Notes: a model not told the origin generated them from the letters alone. DNA of 64,000 nt from a candidate division WOR-3 bacterium (GCA_039804105.1 JBDRZU010000001.1:1024001-1088000); one strand, 5' to 3'. Shown: positions 39,478 to 48,930, counted from the stretch's first letter. Program-made: numbers and translations.

Positions 39478-40028
39478 AATGCCTCCTGATTTTTTATTGA
39501 ATTTAAATTTTCCTTAATAAACTGTTTGATATAACCTGAAATCTGCGGATTACCAAGATTCATTCCACTAAAAACTTCTTTCAATTCCCTGCTATCTATC
39601 TTTACTTTGGTACCATTTTTCTCATAATTAAAAATTATATCAACCCCTTCATAAACCGTCATCAGAATCCATAGTGTTTCTTCAAGGTTTCCAAGTGGCA
39701 AAGCATCTATATGGTTTTTGTTAACAGAGAAAAACACCTTTGTTCCAACACCTTTTTTTGACTCGATTTTGAATTTACCATCACTCTGTTCAACATTCTG
39801 TTTTAAAAGTGGTAAACCGAGTCCAAATTTTTTCTTTCTTTCATCTTTAGTTGTAAAGAAAGGATCAAGAACCATCTTTAAAAGTTCCTCATCCATTCCA
39901 ACACCATCATCAATGATTTCAAACCTCATTTCGTCCTTATCCTCATAAAAATTGATCTCGACCAGTTTCGCTTTCGCCCTGATGCTGTTTTCGGCAATAT
40001 CGAGAATATGAAGTGATAAATCTCTCAT
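39474..40028 (-). CDS. Histidine-kinase-like ATPase (GHKL) of hydrogenase clusters
   Basis: LHILDIAENS, DDGVGM, DPFFTTK, GLGLP. Confidence 0.88.
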   Translation of the reverse strand: MRDLSLHILDIAENSIRAKAKLVEINFYEDKDEMRFEIIDDGVGMDEELLKMVLDPFFTTKDERKKKFGLGLPLLKQNVEQSDGKFKIESKKGVGTKVFFSVNKNHIDALPLGNLEETLWILMTVYEGVDIIFNYEKNGTKVKIDSRELKEVFSGMNLGNPQISGYIKQFIKENLNSIKNQEAL

Positions 40029-40519
40029 TTAACTTCTTCAACTGCCTTTTTCCTGTATTCATTTATTATTTCAATAACCCTGTCCTCTGTCAACTTTCCA
40101 TAAACTTCTTCATCGATCATCATCACAGGTGCAAGACCACACGCCCCAAGACACCTTGCTCCTTGAATTTTAAATAGCCCATCTTCAGTTGTCTGCTCAA
40201 GTTCAACATTCAACTCTTTTTTTAAAGTACTCAAAATTTTATCAGCACCTTTAACATAACATGCAGTTCCAAGACAGAGTTTTATGTTATGTTTACTTGG
40301 TGGTTGCAGTGTAAAGAAATGGTAAAAAGTTATAACTCCATAGATCACACTTCTATAAACACCAAGTTCCTTTGAAATTAAACTTATCGCTTCCTGTGGA
40401 ATATATCCAAAAAGTTCCTGTGTTTTATGTAAAACTTCTATAAGATCCTTTTGTCCTTTTGGATGTTTTTTTATCTCTTCTTTCAGTTGCTCAAGCAACT
40501 CCTCTTTTTTGACTTTCAT
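40025..40519 (-). CDS. NuoE/HydC-like 2Fe-2S subunit, paralog 1
   Basis: VITFYHFF, CLGTACYVKG, CLGACGLAP. Confidence 0.92.
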   Translation of the reverse strand: MKVKKEELLEQLKEEIKKHPKGQKDLIEVLHKTQELFGYIPQEAISLISKELGVYRSVIYGVITFYHFFTLQPPSKHNIKLCLGTACYVKGADKILSTLKKELNVELEQTTEDGLFKIQGARCLGACGLAPVMMIDEEVYGKLTEDRVIEIINEYRKKAVEEVK

Positions 40520-40522
40520 CTT

Positions 40523-41248
40523 TTATCCTCCTTTATGACATTCGATCATGTTCTCTTCAAGAACTTTTTTAAAAACTTCAAAACCTCTGTTTTCAATCGT
40601 TCCATCAAATTCAAAAGCGATATATCTTCTTCCAATCTCATCGATATAATGAGCATCAGAAGAACATATAATTTTATACCTTTCTTTGTATAAATCAACC
40701 TCTTTCGTGATTTCAACTCCATCAAGTTTTAAATCAGAAGGAATAAATCCAAGTTGCGACACTATTGAAAAATTTGGTCTATCTATATGTGAAGCAAATG
40801 CAAGCCCACCAAAACTATGAATAAGTGAAATAACCTGGTCAACAGACATTTCAGATGAAATCCCTAAAAAATAAGGATACTCATATAAAACCTCATCATA
40901 CATGTCAACAACAACCTGTTTCCCCATTTTTTCAGGATCATTTTTTATTTTTGGAAGCGTTTTTTCAAATTCTTTGTAAAAATTCTCGATACTTTCAAGA
41001 TTTTCAAAATATCCAAGTATATGAACTTCCTCTTTTGTTTGAATCTCAATTCCTGGTATCACCTCAACATCTATCATATCAGCAGCATCCATAACTCCTT
41101 TTATATTATGAATAGAGTTATGGTCTGTGATCGCAATAATGTCAAGTTTCATGAATTTTGCCATTTTTGAAATTTGAACAGGAGACATATACCAATCAGC
41201 ACATGGAGAAAGACATGTATGAATATGTAAGTCGGCCTTATGTCTCAT
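40523..41248 (-). CDS. PHP domain phosphoesterase
   Basis: DLHIHTCLSPC, ITDHN, SHIDR, SSDAH. Confidence 0.9.
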   Translation of the reverse strand: MRHKADLHIHTCLSPCADWYMSPVQISKMAKFMKLDIIAITDHNSIHNIKGVMDAADMIDVEVIPGIEIQTKEEVHILGYFENLESIENFYKEFEKTLPKIKNDPEKMGKQVVVDMYDEVLYEYPYFLGISSEMSVDQVISLIHSFGGLAFASHIDRPNFSIVSQLGFIPSDLKLDGVEITKEVDLYKERYKIICSSDAHYIDEIGRRYIAFEFDGTIENRGFEVFKKVLEENMIECHKGG

Positions 41249-41571
41249 CTAACTCCTAAGTTGTAAAGAAGTCCAGCAACTTCAAAAGAATTTTTTTCAC
41301 TTTTTAAAATTGCTATTCCCTCTTTTTTAGCTGTTTCAACTGTTTCCTCATCAGGGGAAAACCCATCACATATCACTATAGCAGAGATATCTGCCATCTT
41401 TGCAACAGCAACTATATTTTTGTGTGTCTGAACAGTTAGCCATATAGATTTTGGTTTTATTTTTCCCATAACAACAGATAAGAGATCTGAAACATAACCG
41501 TATTCAACATCGTTGTCGCCATCAGTAACAGTTTCAAGATTGAGTTTATTTTTTATCTCCGAAACTTTCAT
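41245..41571 (-). CDS. DRTGG domain protein
   Basis: GYVSDLLSVVM, WLTVQTHKNIVAVA. Confidence 0.85.
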   Translation of the reverse strand: MKVSEIKNKLNLETVTDGDNDVEYGYVSDLLSVVMGKIKPKSIWLTVQTHKNIVAVAKMADISAIVICDGFSPDEETVETAKKEGIAILKSEKNSFEVAGLLYNLGVR

Positions 41572-42848
41572 AACTTCTCCTTTTCTTTTTTATACTCTTC
41601 TTTTAAAATTACAATACATTCATCGATATTTTTTATTCCCTGAACAATGTCCTCAGCAAACGCTTTACATGTTGGACACCCGCAAGCACCACAATCGATT
41701 CCTGGGAGTTTCTTTTCGATTTCGTTCAACTTTTCGAGTTTATCAAGAGCGATATTAATGTCAGGATCGAGTGTAATCGGCCTTGGGGTAATTTTTTCTG
41801 ATAGAATCATCTCTTTCTCTCTAATATCTTGTTCAACAACCTTTGCTTCATCAGATTCAATTTTAATCTTTTCTGCTAACCTATCAATCCTTTCCTTTGC
41901 AACAAAGGGATTCTCTTTGTTAAAGATTCCCCCAACACAACCACCAGGGCACGCTTGCGCCTCGATATAATCAAAAATCTCCATCTTTCCATCTTCAATT
42001 TTTTCAAGCACCTTTATAACATTGTGAATCTCATCAACCGAAAGTTTTCTTATCTTTCCCTTTATCGAATCATTCTCTCCCCCCTCTCTACCCCATCTGA
42101 TCCCTCTTTTTCCTGATTTTACAATGTCGTTTCTCTTAACTATCGAATCGATATGGTTGACAAGTTTTTCATATATATCAGTAATCGATATCACACCATC
42201 CACAGGTGAAACCGTTTCTCCAACCGGCTCTTTAACGGATGTGACTTTTGCAGGGCAAGGTGTTATAAAGAAAACTCCAATCTCGTCCTCTTTCAGTCCC
42301 GTCTTTTTCACTGCCTCTCTTTTTGCAATCTTTGCTGTGATATCCATTGGTGTTATTATTGGAATTATATTTTCAACAAGGGAAGGGAACCTCACCTGTA
42401 TCAATCGAACAACCGATGGGCATGCTGAGGAGATTAAAGGTGTTATATCCTTATGTTCCTCAATATATTTTTGGGTATAATCGGAAATAATTTCTGCTCC
42501 AACAGCAACCTCAAACACATCATCAAAACCAATCTCAATAAGTCCACCAAGTATTCCTGCTATTTCGAGTCGTTCAGGGAACTGACCTGTTATCGATGGT
42601 GCAGGTATAGCGATTCTGTATTTGTATTTTTTCAGAGAGTCAAGTGGATCAGAGACAGCGTATTTTGCATGGTTTGGACATATTCTTATACATTCCCCAC
42701 AGTCGATACACCTTTCTTCGATTATGAATGCTTTTTCTTTTCTGATTCTTATAGCTTCAGTTGGGCATCTTCTCATACAATGGGTGCACCCTTTACAATC
42801 CTCTTCCCTTAATCTTACAGAATGAAAGTATTTAATTTTATTTCCCAG
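41568..42848 (-). CDS. Putative sensory [FeFe]-hydrogenase-like protein (group D/HydS-like) with C-terminal FeS domain
   Basis: Variant H-cluster motifs ISSACP, ITPCPAK and AQACPGGCVGG; C-terminal LPGIDCGACGCPTC. The frame extends upstream of the ORF-track start to include CKGCTHCMRRCP, which implies a CTG start at 42848. Confidence 0.8.
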   Translation of the reverse strand: MGNKIKYFHSVRLREEDCKGCTHCMRRCPTEAIRIRKEKAFIIEERCIDCGECIRICPNHAKYAVSDPLDSLKKYKYRIAIPAPSITGQFPERLEIAGILGGLIEIGFDDVFEVAVGAEIISDYTQKYIEEHKDITPLISSACPSVVRLIQVRFPSLVENIIPIITPMDITAKIAKREAVKKTGLKEDEIGVFFITPCPAKVTSVKEPVGETVSPVDGVISITDIYEKLVNHIDSIVKRNDIVKSGKRGIRWGREGGENDSIKGKIRKLSVDEIHNVIKVLEKIEDGKMEIFDYIEAQACPGGCVGGIFNKENPFVAKERIDRLAEKIKIESDEAKVVEQDIREKEMILSEKITPRPITLDPDINIALDKLEKLNEIEKKLPGIDCGACGCPTCKAFAEDIVQGIKNIDECIVILKEEYKKEKEKL

Positions 42849-43269
42849 AATTTCTCCTGATTATAAAATGGACTTTTGTTCCATCCGGAACCTTACTTTC
42901 GATTTCAAAAAAATCAGAATTTTTTTTTATGTTTGGAAGTCCCATCCCAGCACCAAAACCTAACTCTCTTATTTTTTCAGGTGCTGTTGAATATCCTTCC
43001 TGCATCGCAAGTTCAATGTTTTCAATTCCTGGACCATTATCTATAACCCAAACATCAACCTGTTGTGGAGTTATAACTGCCTCCATCCTTCCATCAGACG
43101 CATGAACCACAACATTCATCTCTGCCTCATAACTTGCAATTGCAACCCTTCTGATATCCTCTGGTGGATAACCCAACTGCTTCAAACTGTTTTTCAAATT
43201 ACTCGACGCTGAACCTGCTCTATCAAAATCATTATGTTTTATTTCAAAATTCAATTTTATTTCACTCAT
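42838..43269 (-). CDS. Anti-sigma regulatory factor / Ser-Thr kinase (RsbT-like GHKL)
   Basis: IASYEAEMNVVVH, DNGPGI, GYSTA, GFGAGMGLPN. Confidence 0.9.
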   Translation of the reverse strand: MSEIKLNFEIKHNDFDRAGSASSNLKNSLKQLGYPPEDIRRVAIASYEAEMNVVVHASDGRMEAVITPQQVDVWVIDNGPGIENIELAMQEGYSTAPEKIRELGFGAGMGLPNIKKNSDFFEIESKVPDGTKVHFIIRRNSGK

Positions 43270-43616
43270 ATTTTGAAGTTTACACCATTTTCATACAACA
43301 GACCACATGTTTCAAACATACCTTTATCTGTTACATATATTGAAATACCACTTTTATTAGCAAGTTCAACCATTTCCTTTGTTGGTTTTTTCCCTCTCAC
43401 AAATATCACAGCCGACGCCTCTACCATCTCTGCTGTTCTGATAGTCTGGATGTTCAAAAGGTTTGTGACAATAACCCCATCTTTTTCTGCTATCAGAAGC
43501 ACTTCACTCATCAGATCCGATGCACAGATAGACGAAACACATCTGCTTGCATCAACCTCATAACATTCCTTACACGGAACTATTTTTTTTATATCATCAA
43601 GTTTCAGTTTTTTCAT
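43266..43616 (-). CDS. DRTGG domain protein
   Basis: ASDLMSEVL, TIRTAEM, FVRGKKP, MFETCGLLY. Confidence 0.85.
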   Translation of the reverse strand: MKKLKLDDIKKIVPCKECYEVDASRCVSSICASDLMSEVLLIAEKDGVIVTNLLNIQTIRTAEMVEASAVIFVRGKKPTKEMVELANKSGISIYVTDKGMFETCGLLYENGVNFKI

Positions 43617-43656
43617 AATTTTTTAATTATATTATATAACTTCATTAAGTCAACTC

Positions 43657-43715
43657 TTAAAATCGGGGACGGTGCTTGTTAAAATCGGGGACGGTGCTTG
43701 ACTTTTTGACATTTT
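43657..43715 (-). repeat. REP-like repeat, copy C, with a 22-bp tandem duplication of its GGGG end
   Basis: TTAAAATCGGGGACGGTGCTTG at 43657-43678 and 43679-43700, continuing ACTTTTTGACATTTT. Confidence 0.9.
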
Positions 43716-43748
43716 TTTGTAACTTATTCTTTTTTCGATAGATATTAC

Positions 43749-45083
43749 TTATAAACTTTTTATCATATTTACATATTTTTCAACTTCAAACTTTCTTTTT
43801 AGTCCATTTTCACTCATATATCTGACTTTTCCAAAAATTTCTCTCTCTTTAAAAGGTCTATCATGTTTTCCAAAACACCATGATATTCCCGCATATCCAT
43901 TGGAATCTCTTCCATCAAGTTCATATTTGTCGTTTAGGTAAATCAATCTTTCATACGCCTCTTCTGGAGTTTTGCTCCACTCGATCACTTTTTTACCCCA
44001 ATACATCCTCATATACCCATGCATCTTACCTTTTATAACCATCTCTTTCTGTGCACTATTCCAGAAACGATCATGAGTTTTACTGTTTTCGAGTTCTTCT
44101 AATGTGTATAAGTATTTTCTTTTATCTTTAATATGTTTTTTTAAACTCTCTTTTGCCCAATTTGGCAAAGAATCAAACTTGTCATAATTTTCGTTATAAT
44201 ATGTAAAATTTATCGCGAATTCTCTTCTAACTATCAACTCATCAAGAAAAGGATTTTTAATATTCGAATTCACTTTTAAAACCTTCAATACAATCTCAAC
44301 AGGTGAAATTTGACCAAAATGAAGATATGGACTCAGATCTGATGTAAAACTTTTTGTTGGATCGTTTTTAAAAAGTTCATACTCTTTTAACTTATTCGTT
44401 AAAAAATCTTCCAATTTATTCTTTGCCTTACTATATCCTCCTCTGTAAAATTTTGAAGATGAAACAGATCTATCACAATTTATTTTCGTTAAAAGATTTT
44501 GAATGTCTAACCTATAAAACATCTTATCCCATTTCTTCAATGGCTTTTGAATTTTTATTTCATTCAAAAAATTAGGCGCTTTTTCTATAATTTTTCTTCT
44601 GAATGTTGCTGCAGAAAATTCTTCTTTGTTAGATACTACTTCTACTGGAACAACAATGTCGGTTTCAACTTGAAAAAACGAACTTTTGATTCCTTTTATT
44701 ATTTCGCTTCTCCAACTCCTTTGTATTCTTGTATATCCCATATCTGTTATCACAAGCGATGCTTTTGAAGAATATTTTGTAACTATTTCAACAGGATCTC
44801 CAACTTCTAATATTGTTCCGATACCAAAAGATTCAAGTTTTTCAAAAGTTTCCTTTAAACCTTCAAGCATAAAAAAGTAATGCCTTAAGTTTGCGTTTGG
44901 GAAAGATGGTACTAAACAGAAAACAACAAGTAAAGGTAACTTAAATTCATTTGATTTCTCTATCGAAAAAGATAAAGCATGGTTATATTCAACTCTTTGT
45001 GATGCCTGCATCCAATATAAAACAAAATCCCCTTTTTTAACTCCATAATCTTTTAGAACTTTTATTCTTTCCTGCTCAACCAT
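43749..45083 (-). CDS. phr: Class II CPD DNA photolyase
   Basis: VLYWMQASQR, LSPYLHFGQIS, ELIVRRE, GKMHGYMRMYWGKK, YELDGRDSNGY, GKHDRP. Confidence 0.93.
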   Translation of the reverse strand: MVEQERIKVLKDYGVKKGDFVLYWMQASQRVEYNHALSFSIEKSNEFKLPLLVVFCLVPSFPNANLRHYFFMLEGLKETFEKLESFGIGTILEVGDPVEIVTKYSSKASLVITDMGYTRIQRSWRSEIIKGIKSSFFQVETDIVVPVEVVSNKEEFSAATFRRKIIEKAPNFLNEIKIQKPLKKWDKMFYRLDIQNLLTKINCDRSVSSSKFYRGGYSKAKNKLEDFLTNKLKEYELFKNDPTKSFTSDLSPYLHFGQISPVEIVLKVLKVNSNIKNPFLDELIVRREFAINFTYYNENYDKFDSLPNWAKESLKKHIKDKRKYLYTLEELENSKTHDRFWNSAQKEMVIKGKMHGYMRMYWGKKVIEWSKTPEEAYERLIYLNDKYELDGRDSNGYAGISWCFGKHDRPFKEREIFGKVRYMSENGLKRKFEVEKYVNMIKSL

Positions 45084-45085
45084 AT

Positions 45086-46339
45086 TTAAAGATGGAATTT
45101 TTTAATATAACCTTTTATTAAATTTTTTGGGTCATAAAATTTAACAAGATCTTTTAGCTTCAATTTCTTTAAGGATCTTTTTGGTTCACCCTTTTTATAT
45201 TGTTTGATGAAATCCAGAATTTGAAGTGAACCTTTTTCTATTGAACACTGATTTTTTGCAAACTCATAAGCTTTTTCAGAAATTTTTTCTAAACTCAAAT
45301 CATCTTTTTCAATTTTATCAAAAAAATTCATCAAAGAAACTTCAAAATTGTTAATATCTATTGAAAAAACGCAATCTTTTGGTATATCCTCAAAAGATTT
45401 TTCTCTAATTATTGCGGTTGGTATTCCAAACCCTAAAAATTTTATCAAATTACTAGACATCTCTCCTCTTACGGGATATCTAATGTTTATCGCATAATCA
45501 CATTCTTTCATCAATTTTAAAAATTTTTCATCGTCGACCTCTTTGAAAATCTCACAATACTGTTCAAGATTTTGCTTTTCTATTATTTTTTTAAGATCTA
45601 TATCAACATCCTCACCAACAATCCTTAGTATAATCTGTCTCGTTGAACCATTTTGAAACTTTTTAAAAACTTGTAAAGTTTCCTCTATCATCCTGTCTTT
45701 GGAAAGGTATCCAAAGATTCCAACAGTTATTTTTTCTTTTTTTAATCGATCCACTTTCTCTACCCATGGACATATATGATTTATTTTTAAAACCTTAGCT
45801 TCTGGATTTATTTCTGTTATAAGATTTTTTGCATATTCTGAATGAACAATAAAATGGTTATTCGAAAGAGCAATTTCACGTAGCAAAGGGAAATCAACAA
45901 AAAGGTTTCTATCTTTTCCTTGGTTGTTTAAAAGTTGTTTAATTTTTTGAAAGTCATCCGTTTCATTGAGTAAATATTTCAAATACAGGAATGGTTCTTT
46001 ATGCTGTATAGATCTATAATACAAAAGATCATGTAGATTTAGATCATGAAGAAAAACTATTCCAGGTTCTTTCAATGCTTTTTCATAAGAAGGAAGATGT
46101 AATGGATGGTTTCCGAGAGAATATATTAAAAGATCAAAATCACCATCGCGAACCAAATCGATGTAAATTCCATTTCCATTTCGTGTTGCAGAAACAGGGA
46201 AAAAATCAAATTCTACACTCTTTTTCAACTCTTTCAAAAGCACTTCTGAATAAACCGAAATTCCCGACCTAACAGGTGGAAAAGGACTTACCCACCCTAT
46301 TTTTTTCTTATTCGGGGACGGTGCTTGACTTTTTGACAT
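45086..46339 (-). CDS. GT-B (GT4-like) glycosyltransferase
   Basis: SPFPPVRSGISVYS, YSLGNHPLH, LHD..LH, IRYPVRGEMSS. The annotated N-terminus MSKSQAPSP comes from the repeat. Confidence 0.8.
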   Translation of the reverse strand: MSKSQAPSPNKKKIGWVSPFPPVRSGISVYSEVLLKELKKSVEFDFFPVSATRNGNGIYIDLVRDGDFDLLIYSLGNHPLHLPSYEKALKEPGIVFLHDLNLHDLLYYRSIQHKEPFLYLKYLLNETDDFQKIKQLLNNQGKDRNLFVDFPLLREIALSNNHFIVHSEYAKNLITEINPEAKVLKINHICPWVEKVDRLKKEKITVGIFGYLSKDRMIEETLQVFKKFQNGSTRQIILRIVGEDVDIDLKKIIEKQNLEQYCEIFKEVDDEKFLKLMKECDYAINIRYPVRGEMSSNLIKFLGFGIPTAIIREKSFEDIPKDCVFSIDINNFEVSLMNFFDKIEKDDLSLEKISEKAYEFAKNQCSIEKGSLQILDFIKQYKKGEPKRSLKKLKLKDLVKFYDPKNLIKGYIKKFHL

Positions 46340-47225
46340 TTTTCTCCTTTTCCCTTTTATAAATTGTTCCTAAAGAAGACAGTTGAAGTGTTTTAAAATA
46401 TTTTATTCTCGATATTTGCCTATATGTTAAAAGATATTTATCGTGTAAAAAAACAAGTAACTCTGCTCTTAATTTTTTCCAGAAATTTTCGCTAAAATTT
46501 GCTTTTTTAAAGTCAATATTTTTTTCTTTTTCAAACTCATGTATCAACTCTTCAATTTCTAAGTTTCTTTCTTTTTTTGTCCTTATGTTCGTAAAAGTAT
46601 TTTCAGTTTTTCTTCTATCAAATTTTTTCATCGCTTCTTTAAAAAATTCTTCGCTTCCAAGAAATTCTCCAACTCTTGATTTTTTCACAGGTAAATTTTT
46701 TCTCTCCCAAGCTTTCAAAGATTGATTTAGCTGTTTTATATTTCCAAAAAGTTCTTCAACTTTTTCTTTGGCAATAAAACTTTCGGTATCAGAAAAATAG
46801 TGGTTTATACTTGACCATTGATAATCAAACGGATTTTCAACTATATCTGCTTTTACAGGATTTAGCAAGGTGTATATGATAGACATTTTCAAATACTTGT
46901 CATCCTGTATCAGTGTTGATTTAAACCTACTTGCAAAAACATATCCTCTACCTCCAAAATTTTTCCTATAATATATTCCATAAGAACCATCAAGTTCTTT
47001 TATAAACTCTGATAATAAATTTTTATGATTTTTTATAACTAAGTGAAAATGGTTTTTCATCAAACAATATGCATAGATTTCCATGCCATATTTTTTTGAT
47101 AAAATCTCAAGAAGTTCAAGAAAATGTTGCTTTGCTTTTGGATTGAAAAATATCTTTTCATTTTTAAACCCTCTGTTCATAATATGATGGTATGAACCTT
47201 CATACTTAACTCTTGCTCTTCTCAT
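46308..47225 (-). CDS. REP-associated tyrosine transposase (RAYT, IS200-like Y1 HUH)
   Basis: YHHIMNRG, YAYCLMKNHFHL (HUH), RFKS, Y..LNPVKA, DYQWSS; C-terminal HTH-like tail. Confidence 0.9.
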   Translation of the reverse strand: MRRARVKYEGSYHHIMNRGFKNEKIFFNPKAKQHFLELLEILSKKYGMEIYAYCLMKNHFHLVIKNHKNLLSEFIKELDGSYGIYYRKNFGGRGYVFASRFKSTLIQDDKYLKMSIIYTLLNPVKADIVENPFDYQWSSINHYFSDTESFIAKEKVEELFGNIKQLNQSLKAWERKNLPVKKSRVGEFLGSEEFFKEAMKKFDRRKTENTFTNIRTKKERNLEIEELIHEFEKEKNIDFKKANFSENFWKKLRAELLVFLHDKYLLTYRQISRIKYFKTLQLSSLGTIYKREKEKNVKKSSTVPE

Positions 47226-47300
47226 TACTCCTCCCCGTTTTTTAACTTATCATATTTGATAAGGTTACACAAAAATGTCAAAAAGTCAAGCACCGTCCCC
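46314..47300. mobile_element. RAYT gene bracketed by inverted REP-like copies D (46314-46342, -) and E (47272-47300, +)
   Basis: GGGGACGGTGCTTGACTTTTTGACATTTT ... AAAATGTCAAAAAGTCAAGCACCGTCCCC form perfect inverted ends around the transposase. Confidence 0.75.
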
Positions 47301-47666
47301 GATAATAGTTACAATTTTTCTTTTTTTGCGGATCAGACGGATTTGAGGGAAGGGAATTTTTTTATCTTTGATTTCATGAATTTTTTTGTAACCCTTTTCG
47401 GTTAGAACAAGATATTTCTCTCTCTTATCTGTTTCTGAAACTAGTTTTTTTAAAAAACCTTTTTTTATAAGTTTTTCAGTGATCTTTGTCATCCTCGGTT
47501 TTGAAACATAAAGTTCTTTTGAAAGTTGTGTAAGATCCATTTTTTTCTCACTGATCGTACACAATACCATCGCTTCATTCATCGTAAGTTTTGTCTCCTT
47601 TTTGAGATTGTAGTCAAAAAGGTAGAGTTCTTTGAAAATTTTTTTAAGATAACAGATTTTTTCCAT
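47286..47666 (-). CDS. MarR family transcriptional regulator
   Basis: LTMNEAMVL, MTKITEKLIKKGFL, DKREKYLVLTEKG; C-terminal GDGA-stop supplied by repeat E. Confidence 0.88.
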   Translation of the reverse strand: MEKICYLKKIFKELYLFDYNLKKETKLTMNEAMVLCTISEKKMDLTQLSKELYVSKPRMTKITEKLIKKGFLKKLVSETDKREKYLVLTEKGYKKIHEIKDKKIPFPQIRLIRKKRKIVTIIGDGA

Positions 47667-47679
47667 AAACTTTTAAAAT

Positions 47680-47723
47680 TAGTTAATATTGTTAACTATA
47701 TAACAAAAAATTAAAAAAGTCAA
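47680..47723 (-). promoter_or_regulatory. marR promoter with an overlapping palindromic operator
   Basis: TTGACT (47723-47718), N17, TATAGT (47700-47695); inverted repeat TAGTTAA-TATTG-TTAACTA at 47680-47698. Confidence 0.55.
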
Positions 47724-47843
47724 TAATTCTCTATTAATCAATAATCTCAAAAATTTTTAAAAATTATGATTTCTAAAAAAATGTAAATTTTTCTATTGAC
47801 ATTTTTCTGAAAAGATTTAAAATTGAAAAAAATCGGGAGTATT

Positions 47844-48350
47844 ATGGATAAAAAATGTTCCATTTCCAGTTTTTTTAACTCTTTTTTATTTTTTTTCGTA
47901 ATCTATCTTTTTCTCACCTACCCTTTTAACATTCAAGAAATTTTAACAGGCTTTCTTGTTTCAATTATTCTTGTGTTTCTTTTTAAAAATTTTCTTGATT
48001 ATTTTTCGTTAAAAATACCTTTATTTTTATCTCTGTTTCATCTTTTGATTTACATTTTCTATCTTTTGTTCGAAATTGTCAAAGCGAACCTTAATGTTGC
48101 AAAAATAGTTCTTTCTCCAAGAATCAATGTGAACTCTGCTATAGTGTCTTGTAGAACACAATTAAAATCTGAACTTGCAAAATCGATTCTTGCCAATTCG
48201 ATCACATTAACTCCTGGAACTCTCTCGGTTGATATTGATGGTGATACGCTGTTTATACATTGTATTGATGTTAAATCTACATCTGAAGATGATGTTTATA
48301 AAAATATTGTCAAACCGTTTGAAGATAAAATAAAGAGGTTTGCATTATGA
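47844..48350 (+). CDS. MnhE/MbxA-like antiporter subunit
   Basis: EIVKANLNVA, LANSITLTPGTLSVD, LFIHCI. Confidence 0.9.
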   Translation: MDKKCSISSFFNSFLFFFVIYLFLTYPFNIQEILTGFLVSIILVFLFKNFLDYFSLKIPLFLSLFHLLIYIFYLLFEIVKANLNVAKIVLSPRINVNSAIVSCRTQLKSELAKSILANSITLTPGTLSVDIDGDTLFIHCIDVKSTSEDDVYKNIVKPFEDKIKRFAL

Positions 48351-48610
48351 ATACTTTATATACTGTTTGGTTTATCATCCTTGGATTATCGGTACTACTT
48401 ATACTGTTTAGATTTTTTAAAGGGCCCCTTATTCAGGATCGGACAATCGCTCTTGATATGTTTACAACGATCTCTTCAGGTGGTCTTGTTTTGATCGCTT
48501 CTTTTTTGGAAAACCTACTTATTTTAGACATCTCTCTTGTTTATGCAATTCTCTCTTTTGTATCGGTTGTAGCTATTTCAAAATATCTTGAAGAGAGAGG
48601 TTCAAAATGA
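48347..48610 (+). CDS. MnhF/MbxB-like subunit
   Basis: RFFKGP..DRTIALD, LDISLVYAILSF. Confidence 0.88.
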   Translation: MNTLYTVWFIILGLSVLLILFRFFKGPLIQDRTIALDMFTTISSGGLVLIASFLENLLILDISLVYAILSFVSVVAISKYLEERGSK

Positions 48611-48930
48611 ACATAATAGGCATTATTCTGATTTTCATAGGAGTAATTTTTTCTTTACTTGGAAGTATTGGGATATTAAGGATGAAAGATTTATACAACA
48701 GATTACAAACTTCAACAAAAGCAACCACTCTTGGTGCTTTTTCTACAATAATCGGTGTTGGTTTTTTGCATCCATCATGGTTTTTCAAACTCATTCTCAT
48801 ATCTTTTTTCATTCTCATAACAGCCCCTATCGCTTCCCATTCACTCGCAAGAGCATCACATAAAACAGGAGTAGCACTAAAAAAAGATCAGTTCGATGCT
48901 TTAAAAAACGAAAATGGAGAAACAAAATGA
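48607..48930 (+). CDS. MnhG/MbxC-like subunit
   Basis: GILRMKDLYNRLQTSTKATTLG, TAPIASHSLARA. Confidence 0.9.
   Translation: MNIIGIILIFIGVIFSLLGSIGILRMKDLYNRLQTSTKATTLGAFSTIIGVGFLHPSWFFKLILISFFILITAPIASHSLARASHKTGVALKKDQFDALKNENGETK

Noticed and set aside
46314..47300. Classical DDE insertion sequence with terminal inverted repeats
   Set aside because: The enzyme is a Y1 HUH RAYT, no target-site duplication is evident, and the same repeat is dispersed elsewhere without the gene.
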